DNA from: Eledone cirrhosa | Lineage: Eukaryota | Length of the DNA: 64,000 bases | NCBI GenBank assembly: GCA_964016885.1 | Contig: OZ024742.1 | Location: forward strand, 209,560,001-209,624,000 | Direction: 5' to 3' | Shown: piece after piece, positions 1 through 12,784 of the stretch | How positions within the stretch are numbered: the stretch's first letter is position 1 | Layout of the letters: every line of letters begins with the position of its first letter | The notes under the pieces: model-generated | Seen by the model: the letters and a program-made list of their open reading frames with translations, nothing else | The model's database searches: none | What the model was told of the DNA's origin: nothing | Translations under genes and position numbers: made by a program

Positions 1-903
1 ATATAATTTAACTCATATAGGAAATACCCAAGACAATATATGATATTAAAAATAGAATTATTCTACGGACTCATAAAAACAGAGAGGTCATGTGAATTCA
101 GTATATATAAAAGTCGATTTCTTAATAGAACTTGGAACATGGCAAGAATATAATTTATACAAAAAAAAGAGAGATGGTCGCTATACTTGAGTGGCGAAAA
201 CAATATGCAAATATCTACAAACACACAAACATCCACACAGACACCCATACATGTGTAATTGTGTAGGAACTCACATACACAAACATACATAATTGTGTAA
301 GAACTCTGAACTTCACTGACCGCTTCTTATTTGTGCCGTTCGGCGCCGAGACATCTGGTCTCTTCGGTTTCGAACGTCCGTTTTCATCCACAAAATCCGA
401 ACCAATGCAGACCACCTGTGGAAAGAGATCCATTGTGTAGAGGGACTGATGCAGCAAGTGTCGCTTGCACTACTTTCGCTATTTTGTTCCCGAGGCGCAT
501 CTGTGATACACCACCTACGCTGGTGTGTAGCGTCAGCCGATCCCTCTCCCTTTTCTCTTATATTCGATATTTAACATTTTTCTCATGTTTTTGTGTGTGT
601 TTTTGAATAAGCAAACGTTCATGAATTGTTAATTGATGTCTCTAACTTGAAAAAGATATTTCGTGTATGATGTAAGAAACGAAAACTCTGTGGGGATAAA
701 CGGGATTGTTTCCCAAGAGTTCGAGCGGTTACAGTAGGTCAAATGCAAACAAGTGAGAGTCTGAAATAGTGCGTAAGAAGAAATATCATCATCTACCCAA
801 TACATATTTATTTTACATTTCTAACGCCGTTGATAAATAACGACTTTGTATCCCTGCAAAATAACGCAAACAAACAAATAAAATATGTCCGTGTGTTGTA
901 TGT

Positions 904-944
<41 letters not shown>

Positions 945-1259
945 ATGTATATATATATACACAGTTCAAGAGTAACCAATCTTAAAGAGAGAGATGGAGA
1001 TATGAGAGGAGAGATTGGTGAGTTAGTTAGAAGCCAAAGCGTAAAGGCATGTGCTCAATGTGCAATATGCAGTAGAAAGCAGCTAGGTGGCTGGGTTCAT
1101 GCAGAAGTTAGGTGCGCAGAGCTGGAAATATTCATTAGTTAAGCAAAACAAAACCACAAACTTCACAAGGAAGACATTATTAAAAGATTGTCAACATATT
1201 TTAGTTTGATGTAAGGAATGTAGAGAATAATAATATTAATATTAATAATAATAATGTCC

Positions 1260-1379
1260 GTTTACAATTGTTTCGCTACTCCATATAATATTTCTGGATC
1301 AGATGATTATATATCATAATTGATCTGGTTCAGTTGAAAATAATTAACATATATAAAAAACAGAGTGGCTCATCGGAAC
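1260..1379 (-). ncRNA. Type I hammerhead-like motif (CCGAUGA core, long stem II), left-arm copy
   Basis: Reverse complement of the motif at 2737-2856. Confidence 0.7.
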
Positions 1380-1946
1380 TCAAAGAAATATAAATTAAAA
1401 TAATGTTACATAATATAATGTTCCATATATTGGTTTTTACTATGGTGTCTTGGTTGCATCAGCTGTCAGCCATAATCAAGCAGTATTCATCTGTCGAGGC
1501 TGCATTGTGTGAGATCTGCCTATGGGTAACAAGATGGCTGCCAAAGGGCATATTTACCTTATTAATTAGAGGGTGGTTTCAGGGGAAGTAACTTCTCGAG
1601 AGATTAAAGATTGTGAGTATTTATAGTTAAGTGCTAGTTTTTAAATTTTTTAATTGAGAGACAATGTAGGGGAGGTAACTTATAATTATCGAGTTGTTCA
1701 TAGCAATTTAACTTATTAGCTACAAGTAGAAATGGGGCTACATGACTAAGTTGGGTCAAAAATTCTATTGGCGAATGAATTAGCCCTTCGATGTTGACAG
1801 CTAATGATTACCTCCGTTCTTTCGTTAATCGGTAGAAATCGTGATAGAGTTATGTAATATGCTTCCGTAACACAGAGATCACAAGATTTTCTTCGTCCAT
1901 TGAACGGTTGGGCCCTAGCCACGATATCCCATTTTAGTGAGTGTTG

Positions 1947-2330
1947 TACGTCCCTAATGCATGCCCATTAAATGGACACTGCCTGACACCCAACATAGTC
2001 TATAGGTGCACGGTTGAGACTGCTTCGAAAACCAGCTCTTATATCGGGTCTACCTCTAACCCTTTTAAGGTGCGCTATAACGCGCACTCTTTTTCTTTCC
2101 GAGACCCTAGCAACAGATGTTCGACATCGCTAGCTAGGCTCATTAAAAACCTTAAATTAAACAACATTCAACACTCACTAAAATGGGATATCGTAGCTAG
2201 GGCCCAACCGTTCAATGGACGAAGAAAAACCTTGTGTTCTCTATGTTACGGAAGCATATTACATAACTCTATCACGACCTCTACCGATTAACGATAGAAC
2301 GGAGGTAACCATTAGCTGTCAACATCGAAG
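1947..2330 (+). pseudogene. Penelope-like GIY-YIG endonuclease C-terminal fragment
   Basis: CPLNGHCLTPNIVYRC...YIGSTSNPFKVRYNAH...KWDIV...CSLC, homologous to the endonucleases at 17657-18151 and 19439-19620. Confidence 0.9.
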
Positions 2331-2736
2331 GGCTCATTCCTTCGCCTATAGAGTTTTTGACCCAACTTAGTCATGTAGCCCCATTTCTACTTGTAGCTAA
2401 TAAGTTAAATTGCTATGAACAACTCGATAATTATAAGTTACCTCCCCTACATTGTCTCTCAATTAAAAAATTTAAAAACTAGCACTTAACTATAAATACT
2501 CACAACCTCTAATCTCTCGAGAAGTTACTTCCCCTGAAACCACCCTCTAATTAGTAAGGTAAATATGCCCTTTGGCAGCCATCTTGTTACCCATAGGCAG
2601 ATCTCACACAATGCAGCCTCGACAGATGAATACTGCTTGATTATGGCTGACAGCTGATGCAACCAAGACACCATAGTAAAAACCAATATATGGAACATTA
2701 TATTATGTAACATTATTTTAATTTATATTTCTTTGA

Positions 2737-2856
2737 GTTCCGATGAGCCACTCTGTTTTTTATATATGTTAATTATTTTCAACTGAACCAGATCAATTAT
2801 GATATATAGTCATCTGATCCAGAAATATTATATGGAGTAGCGAAACAATTGTAAAC
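2737..2856 (+). ncRNA. Type I hammerhead-like motif (CCGAUGA core, long stem II)
   Basis: gtt-CCGATGA-gccactct...ggagtagc-GAAAC-AATT-GTA-aac. Stem I is gtt/aac, stem II closes with 7/8 pairs, and stem III has a palindromic loop. Confidence 0.7.
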
Positions 2857-3002
2857 GGACATTATTATTATTAATATTATTATTATTATTCTCTACATTC
2901 CTTACATCAAACTAAAATATGTTGACAATCTTTTAATAATGTCTTCCTTGTGAAGTTTGTGGTCTTGTTTTGCTTAACTAATGAATATATATATATATAT
3001 AT

Positions 3003-4284
3003 GTTTAGGAACAAGTAAGACCCCGACGGCTGAGCTCAAGCCGTTTCGACGGCTAAATATTTCGTTTCTGAATTTGTTTAGCAAGATTCTTTATCTGAAA
3101 ACGTGTGTTGAAACCGATATTGTTTTACTTTGGGAGGGTCATGTTGCCAATAAGGAATACACGCACCAGTTGCTTTCACTTCAATTTATTATAAATTAAA
3201 TTTATAAATTTAGGAATTTATCAATTTCCGTTTGGTTGGTTGGTTCCACAACCAGATGATTGTTCATATATTGTCAAAGTTCTTTCGTCACACATTCTGT
3301 GACCTCTTCACTGAGTGAGGATTCTTTTCTTCGTTTTTGTGCCTCTCCTTTGTTCTGTCCTACGCCATCTTGTTTTTGTGTGTGTTGTGTGCTTAGTTTG
3401 CGCATGTGTTACATCCGGATGTCTGTGTGTGTTTATATTTGTTTATTTATTTGTTTATTTACATGTTACTGGTTGGTTGTTTGTTCTATGTGCGTGAGTG
3501 TTTTCATTTTGTCTTTAATTGTAAGTTGTGATGTTGCTGTTCCATTCATGTTTTCTATTTAATTTTGGTTGGAGTTCATTTATGTGTATTGCCTCTGTGA
3601 TGTGTCTAAACATTGCGTCTTTTCTGTGTGTAGATTCTATTTTTATTTCTATGTTCTCTAATTTACCCTTATGTTCTATTTTAGCAAGTTGGTGGAGTAC
3701 AGATGATTCTTTACTATCTTGAAGCTCTCGCCAGTGTTCATTTATCCGGTTCCCTATACTACGAGCTGTCTCACCTATGTACACTATATTCTTATCTCTA
3801 CATTGTCCTTCAGTACATCTTATGCTATATACTACATTTCTAGTTTTACAGTTAATATGGGGGCTTAATTTACAGATTATACATTTCTTATCTATACAGG
3901 GAGGTCTTTGAAAAGTGTATGTATTGCTAATAGGTGTTTTTATGGAGGTACCTGGTCTTTCTACTATCTTAATATTGAGTTTATGTTTATCTAGGGCCCT
4001 TCTAAATTTGTAAGCTAATTCACCTCTAAGGGTTGTATCGATGAACATTACATTCTGATATGTATTGCTATCATACCATGAGTTTCTTCTATTAACCTTA
4101 TTCCTAGTTCTTTCTATTCTATTCCAAAATGTGCTCCTATACAAGGGGTAGGTCCCATTTGTATCATTATTTACAATTTTTTCCCATTTGGTTCTGGCTC
4201 CTCTATATACTCTGATTTTATGTAATAGAATAGAAAGAACTAGGAATAAGGTTAATAGAATAAACTCATGGTATGATAGCAATA
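3003..4284 (-). mobile_element. 5'-truncated Penelope-like retroelement (linker + GIY-YIG + 3' UTR)
   Basis: ORF 3515-4282: C..C..C...NVVYSIRC...YIGETARSIGNRINEH...EAIHI...PKLN. Bounded by (TA)n on both sides. Confidence 0.9.
4063..4284. repeat. 61-bp inverted repeat at the 5' truncation point of the Penelope copy (arms 4063-4123, 4224-4284)
   Basis: tattgctatcataccatgagttt...ctatt versus aatagaatag...gatagcaata, one mismatch. Confidence 0.92.
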
Positions 4285-4285
4285 A

Positions 4286-4290
<5 letters not shown>

Positions 4291-4345
<55 letters not shown>

Positions 4346-4471
4346 GGAAAAAATGAAATTTCATTTCTCATTCTTAGTAGGGGCTGATACATATATTTAT
4401 ATATATATATGTATGTATATTTATATATATGTATGTAATATGTGTATATGTGTATATGTATATATGTTATG

Positions 4472-4553
<82 letters not shown>

Positions 4554-4623
4554 TATATACATATACAAATGTATATATGCATATATGTATATATATATAT
4601 TCATATATATATATATGTATATA

Positions 4624-4698
<75 letters not shown>
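4291..4698. repeat. Compound (TA)n microsatellite
   Basis: Direct reading. Confidence 0.97.
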
Positions 4699-4699
<1 letters not shown>

Positions 4700-4703
<4 letters not shown>

Positions 4704-5300
4704 GGTGGCTGTCAACTCGTTTTCGAGTACGGCCACTACTTTATATCCATGTAGGAGAACCCCTACCGATGCGCTGAACGAGTGTGACATTTTAGTCCAG
4801 CCAGCGACTTGAAAACTCTACACTTGTCACAATTATTGATACATAGTGCTGGGCCCATGGTACCATGTGACGACAAGTGCAGAGAGATCTCCAGAGATAA
4901 AGCAATGCCCGTGCCGTGAAGCTTTTATAGTGAGCTAAGGCACTGCACAAAGCCAGTCCCACTCTCTTAACCAGGATGATATTTACCAAAAAGAAGAACA
5001 AGTCAACATCATTGGATACCATCAGGGTTGCAGGTGCTATATCAGTGTTTTCCTTCTCCTAGAATTCTGCCTTAACAAAGTCTAAGGGGTCATCTCTCCG
5101 GGTGATTTGGGATGGCCATTGACTCTTAAGAGCTCCTTTTCCCTTTGACAGGTTTTGTTTTTAGTCCTGCAGGATGTCCAAAGTCACCCTCCTCACCAAG
5201 AAACATTGGTGGGGTTGCCAGTTTAGTCGCTAACGACCCGACCATGAGAGAGATTGTAGTGGGATACATGTTACCAGTAGCACCAACTGGTGACCTGACA
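4700..5300 (-). mobile_element. Probable LINE (RTE-type) 5' UTR fragment
   Basis: GC-richer non-coding island between microsatellites whose motifs resemble RTE 5' regions. Recognised from memory, not by alignment. Confidence 0.35.
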
Positions 5301-5304
5301 AATA

Positions 5305-5380
5305 TATAATATATATATAACATATATATATATATATAATATATATGCATATATACATATACATATGTATATATGCATAT

Positions 5381-5461
<81 letters not shown>

Positions 5462-5924
5462 TATACAATATACACACAAAGATTTACAAGAATATAGCAC
5501 CTGTAAGCTGAGTGGCGAAAGCAAGCTAATTCTCATCCTCTCAGCTTCCGCTTACTGCGTCTTTTACGTTCTTAATCAATATTCAATTTCATAGAATTTG
5601 GAATTCTAACCACTCCACGTATTATATTAGATTTTGTAATAAATTTAAAATTGAAGGCAGAAAATTACTCTCAGTTTTAATATTACTATTCATGGTGCGA
5701 ACATGAATTAAGTTATATTATTTCGACTTTACTGTAGAATTTTTTCTCATGCACAGATAATATAAAGCTATTAAGCTGCATTCTTATATTATACTTCAAT
5801 TTTGTTGCAGTATATGATTTTTGTCCTTAAAATGTGCACATAAATATATACACATGCACAAGCATACACACACTAACACACGCAGACACACACGCGCACG
5901 CACACACACACACACACACACACA

Positions 5925-5997
<73 letters not shown>

Positions 5998-6410
5998 CAC
6001 ATATAATATATTTATGCCTTTACATATGCATATACAAATACATATAAATGTACATATATAAATACATACATGCATGATGGCTGCCCCCATACATACATAA
6101 ACACATACATACACACATGCATACATGCATACATATATACATGCATATATGTACATATACATACACATACATTCATGCATACATACAGGCATATATGAGT
6201 GCATATACCTACATACATACACACACACATACATACATACATACATACTTGCATACTTACATACATACACACACACATACATACATGCATACATACACAC
6301 ACATACATACATACACACACATACATACATACATACACACACCCATACATATATACACACACATATACATACATACACACACCCATACATACATATATAC
6401 ATAAATGTTT
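5305..6410. repeat. TA/CA/(CATA)n microsatellite cluster
   Basis: Direct reading. Confidence 0.9.
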
Positions 6411-6686
6411 ACATTCATACACAAGATAGAAACTTCAATGTAATTAATTTTAGATTTGAAATTTAATTCATTTGAGTCGTGTTCGTCAGCAATGAATATA
6501 CGCCAATGAAAGTCGTTGCTGCTTTAGAAAATTAGCAGATATGTTAACACCATCAAATACTTGAAAATGTAAAAAAGTGATTTTGATTAATAAGATATTC
6601 ACTATATCTCAGTATATATGTCCCACTGCGATGGTGATAGTGATGTTCGTTTTGGAGCTGGCGACGCGAGGATTAAGGTGTGAAGC

Positions 6687-6791
<105 letters not shown>

Positions 6792-7429
6792 GAGGAATTT
6801 CTATATGAAACGAATATGACGATTGTGCTGTATTGTGTTTTAACACAGCGTAATAAATAACTCTCAAACACAATTCTGTGTATATGCATATCTCTCTCTC
6901 TCTATATATATATATATATACAAATAAATTATCGAGAATCGGAACCTCGGCCCACGATATAACGAAACACAATCTTCGAAATGTGTGGCAAAGTGCTCAA
7001 TAGTTTGGATAAACCAGAGCTATAACTAACGTTTAATACCAACACACTGAGACGATGCTTAAACAATCATTCGCACAGCCGAAAATACGACCAAGAAAAT
7101 TCGGGTCAGACAAATAAAAATATATATGAATGAAAAATGAAAAAAAATATATGAATGAAAAATTATATATGAATGAAAAATAAATATATATTATATATAT
7201 ATATGCAGTTGAAAATTGCAAACTTGACTGTCACCACAGAATATGAACCTGAAGATTGCGAAAGCATGAAAGTACTTGTTCAAGTAACACTTAACATTTA
7301 ATTTTCTACCATACTATTTCATTCTAATGCCATTATACATTTTAAAGGATTGTAAATAAAACGAGTAAATCAGACAAAGTTGGAATTCCTTTTATTAATA
7401 TAATTTTCTATACACAATCACACACACCC

Positions 7430-7511
7430 GTGTATGTATATGTATATGTATATAATATACATATACATATATATATATATATACATATGTATATACTATA
7501 TATATATTTAC

Positions 7512-7607
<96 letters not shown>

Positions 7608-7791
7608 GTATATACATATGCATATATAGATATATGTGTATGTATATATATATATATATATATATATTTGTCAATATATAGAATACAGAATCGTATAGAA
7701 ACACAAATGAATATACATGCATACGTGTGAATATTTATACACGTATGTATACATTTGAAAGCATATTCATTCCTCTTTTTATACATAAATA

Positions 7792-7855
<64 letters not shown>

Positions 7856-7952
7856 ACATGCGCTACAATATATATACATATATATATATCACATTTTCAT
7901 TATAAATAATTGGAGACATTATTATTTTCTCTATTGTTAATATTATTATTGT

Positions 7953-8047
<95 letters not shown>
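7430..8047. repeat. (TA)n tracts and (TAG)n repeat (7953-8047)
   Basis: Direct reading. Confidence 0.95.
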
Positions 8048-8441
8048 ACTCTAGATAAAATTATAATACCGCTTCCGAATTTAATAATAGAGAATATTGT
8101 GAAATATTCAGATACAAGATAAATAGTGATGTTGCTATGTCTTTAAATCACGAATCATATTAAGAATCATTTTAAAATGGTTAATCCTATTTCTTTTCTT
8201 TCCTCCATATCAATACAAATTTATATTTTTAGTACGTTTTTGTATATATTTCTCCTTAAAATAACTTTTTTTTTCTATGATACCAACAAGTATATAAAAA
8301 AAATCAATTCACACTTTACCATATATCTATATATGTGTCTTGTTGTGTATGTATGTATGTTTTCTCTTTCTCTTAATTTCGAGTATATTTTTTTTGACCG
8401 GCCACCTTCCTGGTGGCAAGGTTGTAAAAGAAAAGAAATTG

Positions 8442-8700
8442 TCATCCCTTGAATCGCAAGAATGTTTTGCATATTTTGAAGGTGCCAGCTATCGCAGCCA
8501 TTTGTAGACTATGAATTAGGGAGCTGCGCTTTTTGTCCGCAAATCCAAGTTCGGTCATACTTTGGTCCAAGCGGGTTGGTATATAACCCGTAGCACCAAT
8601 AATGATGGGTATGAAGCTAAAGGTGTATCTTGGATACTGGATTTGTAAGCTCCTCATCAATGGTCCGTAGATGTCCTCCTTCTCCTGTATTTTTCTGACA
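8442..8700 (-). mobile_element. 3' fragment of an RLE-type (R4/Dong-like) non-LTR retrotransposon
   Basis: QEKEDIYGPLMRSLQIQYPRYTFSFIPIIIGATG...LQMAAIAGTFKICKTFL, the typical C-terminus after the PD..D endonuclease. Confidence 0.75.
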
Positions 8701-8702
8701 AC

Positions 8703-8838
8703 GTATGTATGTATGTATGTATGTATGTATGTATGTATGTATGTATGTATGTATGTATGTATGTATGTATGTATCTATGTATGAATGTCCGTATGTATGT
8801 ATGTATGTATGTATGTATGTATGTATGTATGTATGTAT
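8703..8838. repeat. (TATG)n microsatellite
   Basis: Direct reading. Confidence 0.97.
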
Positions 8839-9061
8839 GCATGTGTTTATGTTCTGGTTTTATAATTTCACAAATTTTCGTCAATAGAGAGAGAGTCGGT
8901 TTCTAACATAGTTACAAGACTCTCTAATGGGAATTTATACAACATCAACTAGGTAGATATGTATGCATGTCTACATGCATGCATGTGTGGATGTGTATAT
9001 TTTCAGTTGTATGTGTGCATGTGCATATGCTTTGTATATGTACAAGTTACTAACATATCGC

Positions 9062-10285
9062 AGTGTCCCAATAATCAAAAGCAAAAATCTGAAGATATAG
9101 TCAGGGTGGAGTATCTGTAGATTGCCATTAGTTCTGTATAGCTATTCATCTTTTCGCTAATCTTTAATAGCCTATTGACATCTGCTGGGCAGCTAACTTC
9201 CACTACTGTGCATGCCTTCTTTTCCCTGTCCCATATCATTATATCTGGTTTGTGATGCCTACATTTTATTGGGGGTTTTACTGGAACATTCCACCAGTAC
9301 TCATTCATATTATATATATGTATGTCTTCCACATTTCTGTAGCTATTAATGTGTTTATTGTCGGAGCTATCTTTTTTACCGATTGCATTGTACAGTGTTT
9401 TGGCCATTACACCATGCCTCATAGGTAGATAGTACCGTGATGACATCTTTGGACAGCTGCTTATGACATGGGTGACATATTCGATATTAATTCTGCAGAG
9501 TCTGCACTTCTTGTCACATCTAGGTGTTTTGCCTGCATCCCTATCTCTTTTGTGAATCAGGTATTTTCTGTTGATTTCCTGTTCTTAGATTGCAAAAGCG
9601 TATCCTTCAAAGTGGGAGCTAATATAGCGGTTGTTGATCCAAAATAGACTACTTTCCTTATCTATATTATTCTCCCTCTGCAGCTTCCTGGCAACATACC
9701 CATGCTGATAAGCATGAAGTTTTTCATCCATGGATTCATTGTGGTACTGCTGGGCAATTTTCCTGGGTGTAAGTTTGTGATTATCATGCAGGGAATCACA
9801 GACACATTGTGAGCCATTGTTTTATTGTACGCAGAGAGTTACTATGACCATACTATTCTTAATCGGGTGTAATATTCCCTCGTTACGCGTTTTTTATTAC
9901 AAATACCATTATAGGATATACTGTCATGTCCTCATCAGATATCGGTGAAACAGCTTGGCCATTGATGACAATGTTGCTAGACTGTGTTGTAGTTTTTCCC
10001 CGTTTTACAGTCATATATGAACATTTATCTTGGCCAAACTCCATTCCTATATCCTTTGATAATGTTGTAACCAGGTCAAGATTTTTCTTCATCCCATCTA
10101 TATTCTTAGCATATAGTTTCAGGTCATCCACAAAGAAATTATGGGTTAAGTTCGTATTTCTGTCCTCCTGTGAGCCAATGATGTATCCCTCACATTTTTT
10201 TAGCAGAAAGGACAAGGGGTTTAATGACAGGATAAATAGTAGCACAGAGAGGCTGTCTCCTTGAAATATATCCCTGTGATATTCT
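9062..10285 (-). mobile_element. Degenerate R4/Dong-like non-LTR retrotransposon (RT C-terminal half, CCHC, RLE endonuclease)
   Basis: IFQGDSLS.LLF, THNFFVDDLKLY, DIGMEFGQDKC, CRLC...HVISSC, WWNVPV...KPDIMIWD....VVEVSCP. Frameshifts present. Confidence 0.85.
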
Positions 10286-10299
10286 AACTTTAAGATAGT

Positions 10300-11750
10300 A
10301 GCCCAATTTTATTCATAACAACCTGGAATCCGAAGCCTCAAATGTTCCAATTCTTTCGCTTGATCCTAAGTGTAACTATCATTTTAACACTTTGCTATTG
10401 ACATTTTACTATCTCAATTTCATCCTACCATAGCTGTTAAAATATAATTGTCCCTTTTAATAACCATTGGGATCAATATGGTCCGTGCTTGTGTGGGGTT
10501 TCATTGATTAATTTCATTAAATTAATGAAAACTATATATCTTGCAAGCTATAAATTGCATCAATTGGATCGAAGTTTTAATATTCATATATTTGGGATAT
10601 TCAGTTTCCGACCTCAATAGGTCTAAAAACCTATTGACAGGTTCCTAATTGTAATGAAATGAAATGAAAAGAAATGTTGAATAAATACTTCTGTGGGATG
10701 ATTATTAATGAAATCTTAAATTGGTGCGAGGCCATGCATTGAGTTCGATGAGTAATAATCATATTGATTCTCCATGGATGAGAGGTTAAATCCACCGTGG
10801 TTGTTGAACGGATAAATATTCCATTAAATTTTTGACAGAAAAGGACACGCACTGTTCCTAACTTAGTAATCTTCCCTTTGCTGTTGAGATCAATACTAGA
10901 AGCACAGTTCGAAATTTAGTACATTAAAGCCATCAGTTCAGCGAAGGAATGTTTGATCAAACATGTCGTGTTACCTGCGTTAGGTGAGAGACATTAGAAT
11001 TTCTGGTAGAAGAGCACAGAAAAACGAAGTACAGTTTCTATGAGCCAACGATCATAGAGATTGCTGGTGAGTAAGTTTTTGGTAATCAATATAAAACATT
11101 CTCTTTGATGAGTTGTTTCTATTTTTAACAGCAAGACATTCGCAAATATATGTATCGTATTTGAGCTTTATAGAGGAATTCGGATTAAACATATCCGTGA
11201 ATATGCAACCATTTGTCTTCTGTCTAGATGCAATAATATATATATATTAGTTTGCAAGTGTGAGCGCATGTGTGTGTCTATATGCGTATGCGTGTGTGGG
11301 GAGATTTACGAAAATGGAATGTGACAAACGAAATATAACACAGAATGAGAAACTGGAGAATGTGTGATTGTTTCCGTTTAAATATTGAATCACATCACAT
11401 ACGTCATGAATGCGATGTGGAAAATAGACATCGCAATACTATTTCACTCATTCTTTCCTTAATCTAGGATATATTATTATTCAAAATAAAGAATCCCTTC
11501 TATCAGACCCAAGACTTTCTTTTTATTTAATTATTCTCTTTATTTAATTATTATCGGATTAAGCCTACCACTAATCTGCGGTCTCACAAGTACAGATACT
11601 TCACTCAACATTGAAGTCCTGGTCGTCCTCGACATCATTTTATGTGTTTCTTTAGGTAAAATAATTCTGTTTTTTATTATATTTTTGCTGGAATGTCAGT
11701 GGGCCATAATATTGTAGGGATGTTCCAAGTTCCATTTAATCTTGCCTATA
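10300..11750 (-). mobile_element. Highly decayed APE-type LINE remnant
   Basis: Minus-strand GTWNIPT near 11715-11735, similar to the GTWNVRT APE start, and ENQYDY near 10760-10775. Confidence 0.35.
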
Positions 11751-12272
11751 AGTCCATCAGTGTGCAATAATTAGTCACTTATATTCTAGAGCGCCCGCTA
11801 TGTGTATTCGAAATATAATATTGTTTTACTTAAACATGATGTCTCAGTTTTCTAGGAACTAAGAAATGAATTTGCATGCTATTCTTGACAGGAAAGAGTG
11901 TGGTGGTTTACTCTTTCATGTTCTATCACGCACAGCCCTACCACACCCACACCACACACAGCACCTCCACCACATCACGTACACACCGACATGTCTGTGG
12001 CAAGCCAAACCACCGCACCACGCAACTCACATCAACCATCGCTCCGAACCACTACCTCGTCACCGTGCTCTTCCCCACCTATAACACATACCAAAACATT
12101 CCACATAGCTAAACCACCAATCAAAACAACATATATTGACCACCATATTAACGCGAAACGTTACAGATATTTCTGATTTATATGTTCATACTGTCATTAC
12201 AACAGCAGAGGAGCGAGGAGATTGTGATTCCAGAGTCGGGCCAGATCGATACAGATCGAACCTTGAGCTAAT

Positions 12273-12542
<270 letters not shown>

Positions 12543-12544
<2 letters not shown>

Positions 12545-12729
12545 GCGGTGGATTGGCAGTATCGGTAGAGGGTCGGACGCCATGCTTTCCAGCATTGTTA
12601 CGTCCCTTTACGATCTAAGTTCAAATCCCGCCGAGGTTCACTTTGCCTTTCATCCTTACGGGGACGATAAAATAAAGTACCAGTAATGCACTGGGTATTT
12701 GCTGGCCTTGTGCCTAAAGTAGAAACAAT

Positions 12730-12730
<1 letters not shown>
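12543..12730 (+). mobile_element. tRNA-derived SINE (family A), full length
   Basis: A-box TGGCAGTATCGG, B-box GTTCAAATCC, central GCCTTTCATCCTTACGGGG-CGATAAAATAAAGTACCAG. Multiple copies in the window. Confidence 0.9.
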
Positions 12731-12768
<38 letters not shown>

Positions 12769-12784
12769 ATATATATATATATAT

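Larger units (their letters stand above)
1128..2988. repeat. Long inverted repeat (foldback) of a Penelope-like 3' end; arms ~1128-1946 and ~2169-2988, spacer ~222 bp
   Basis: Identical 62-aa ORF on + (1403-1591) and - (2525-2713). Arms are reverse complements with few, mostly transition, mismatches. Flanked by TA/TG microsatellites, and the left arm has an extra ~160 bp tail (965-1127). Confidence 0.97.

Noticed and set aside
330-375. CCGAAGA on the minus strand as another hammerhead
   Set aside because: No properly placed GAAA/stem III or stem I was found.
1403-2713. Identical 62-aa ORF on both strands suggesting a duplicated small gene
   Set aside because: A by-product of the inverted repeat, antisense to the Penelope 3' UTR, with no recognisable motif.
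4224-4282. Signal-peptide-like N-terminus on the GIY-YIG ORF
   Set aside because: It is encoded by the inverted 61-bp arm, i.e. antisense element sequence.
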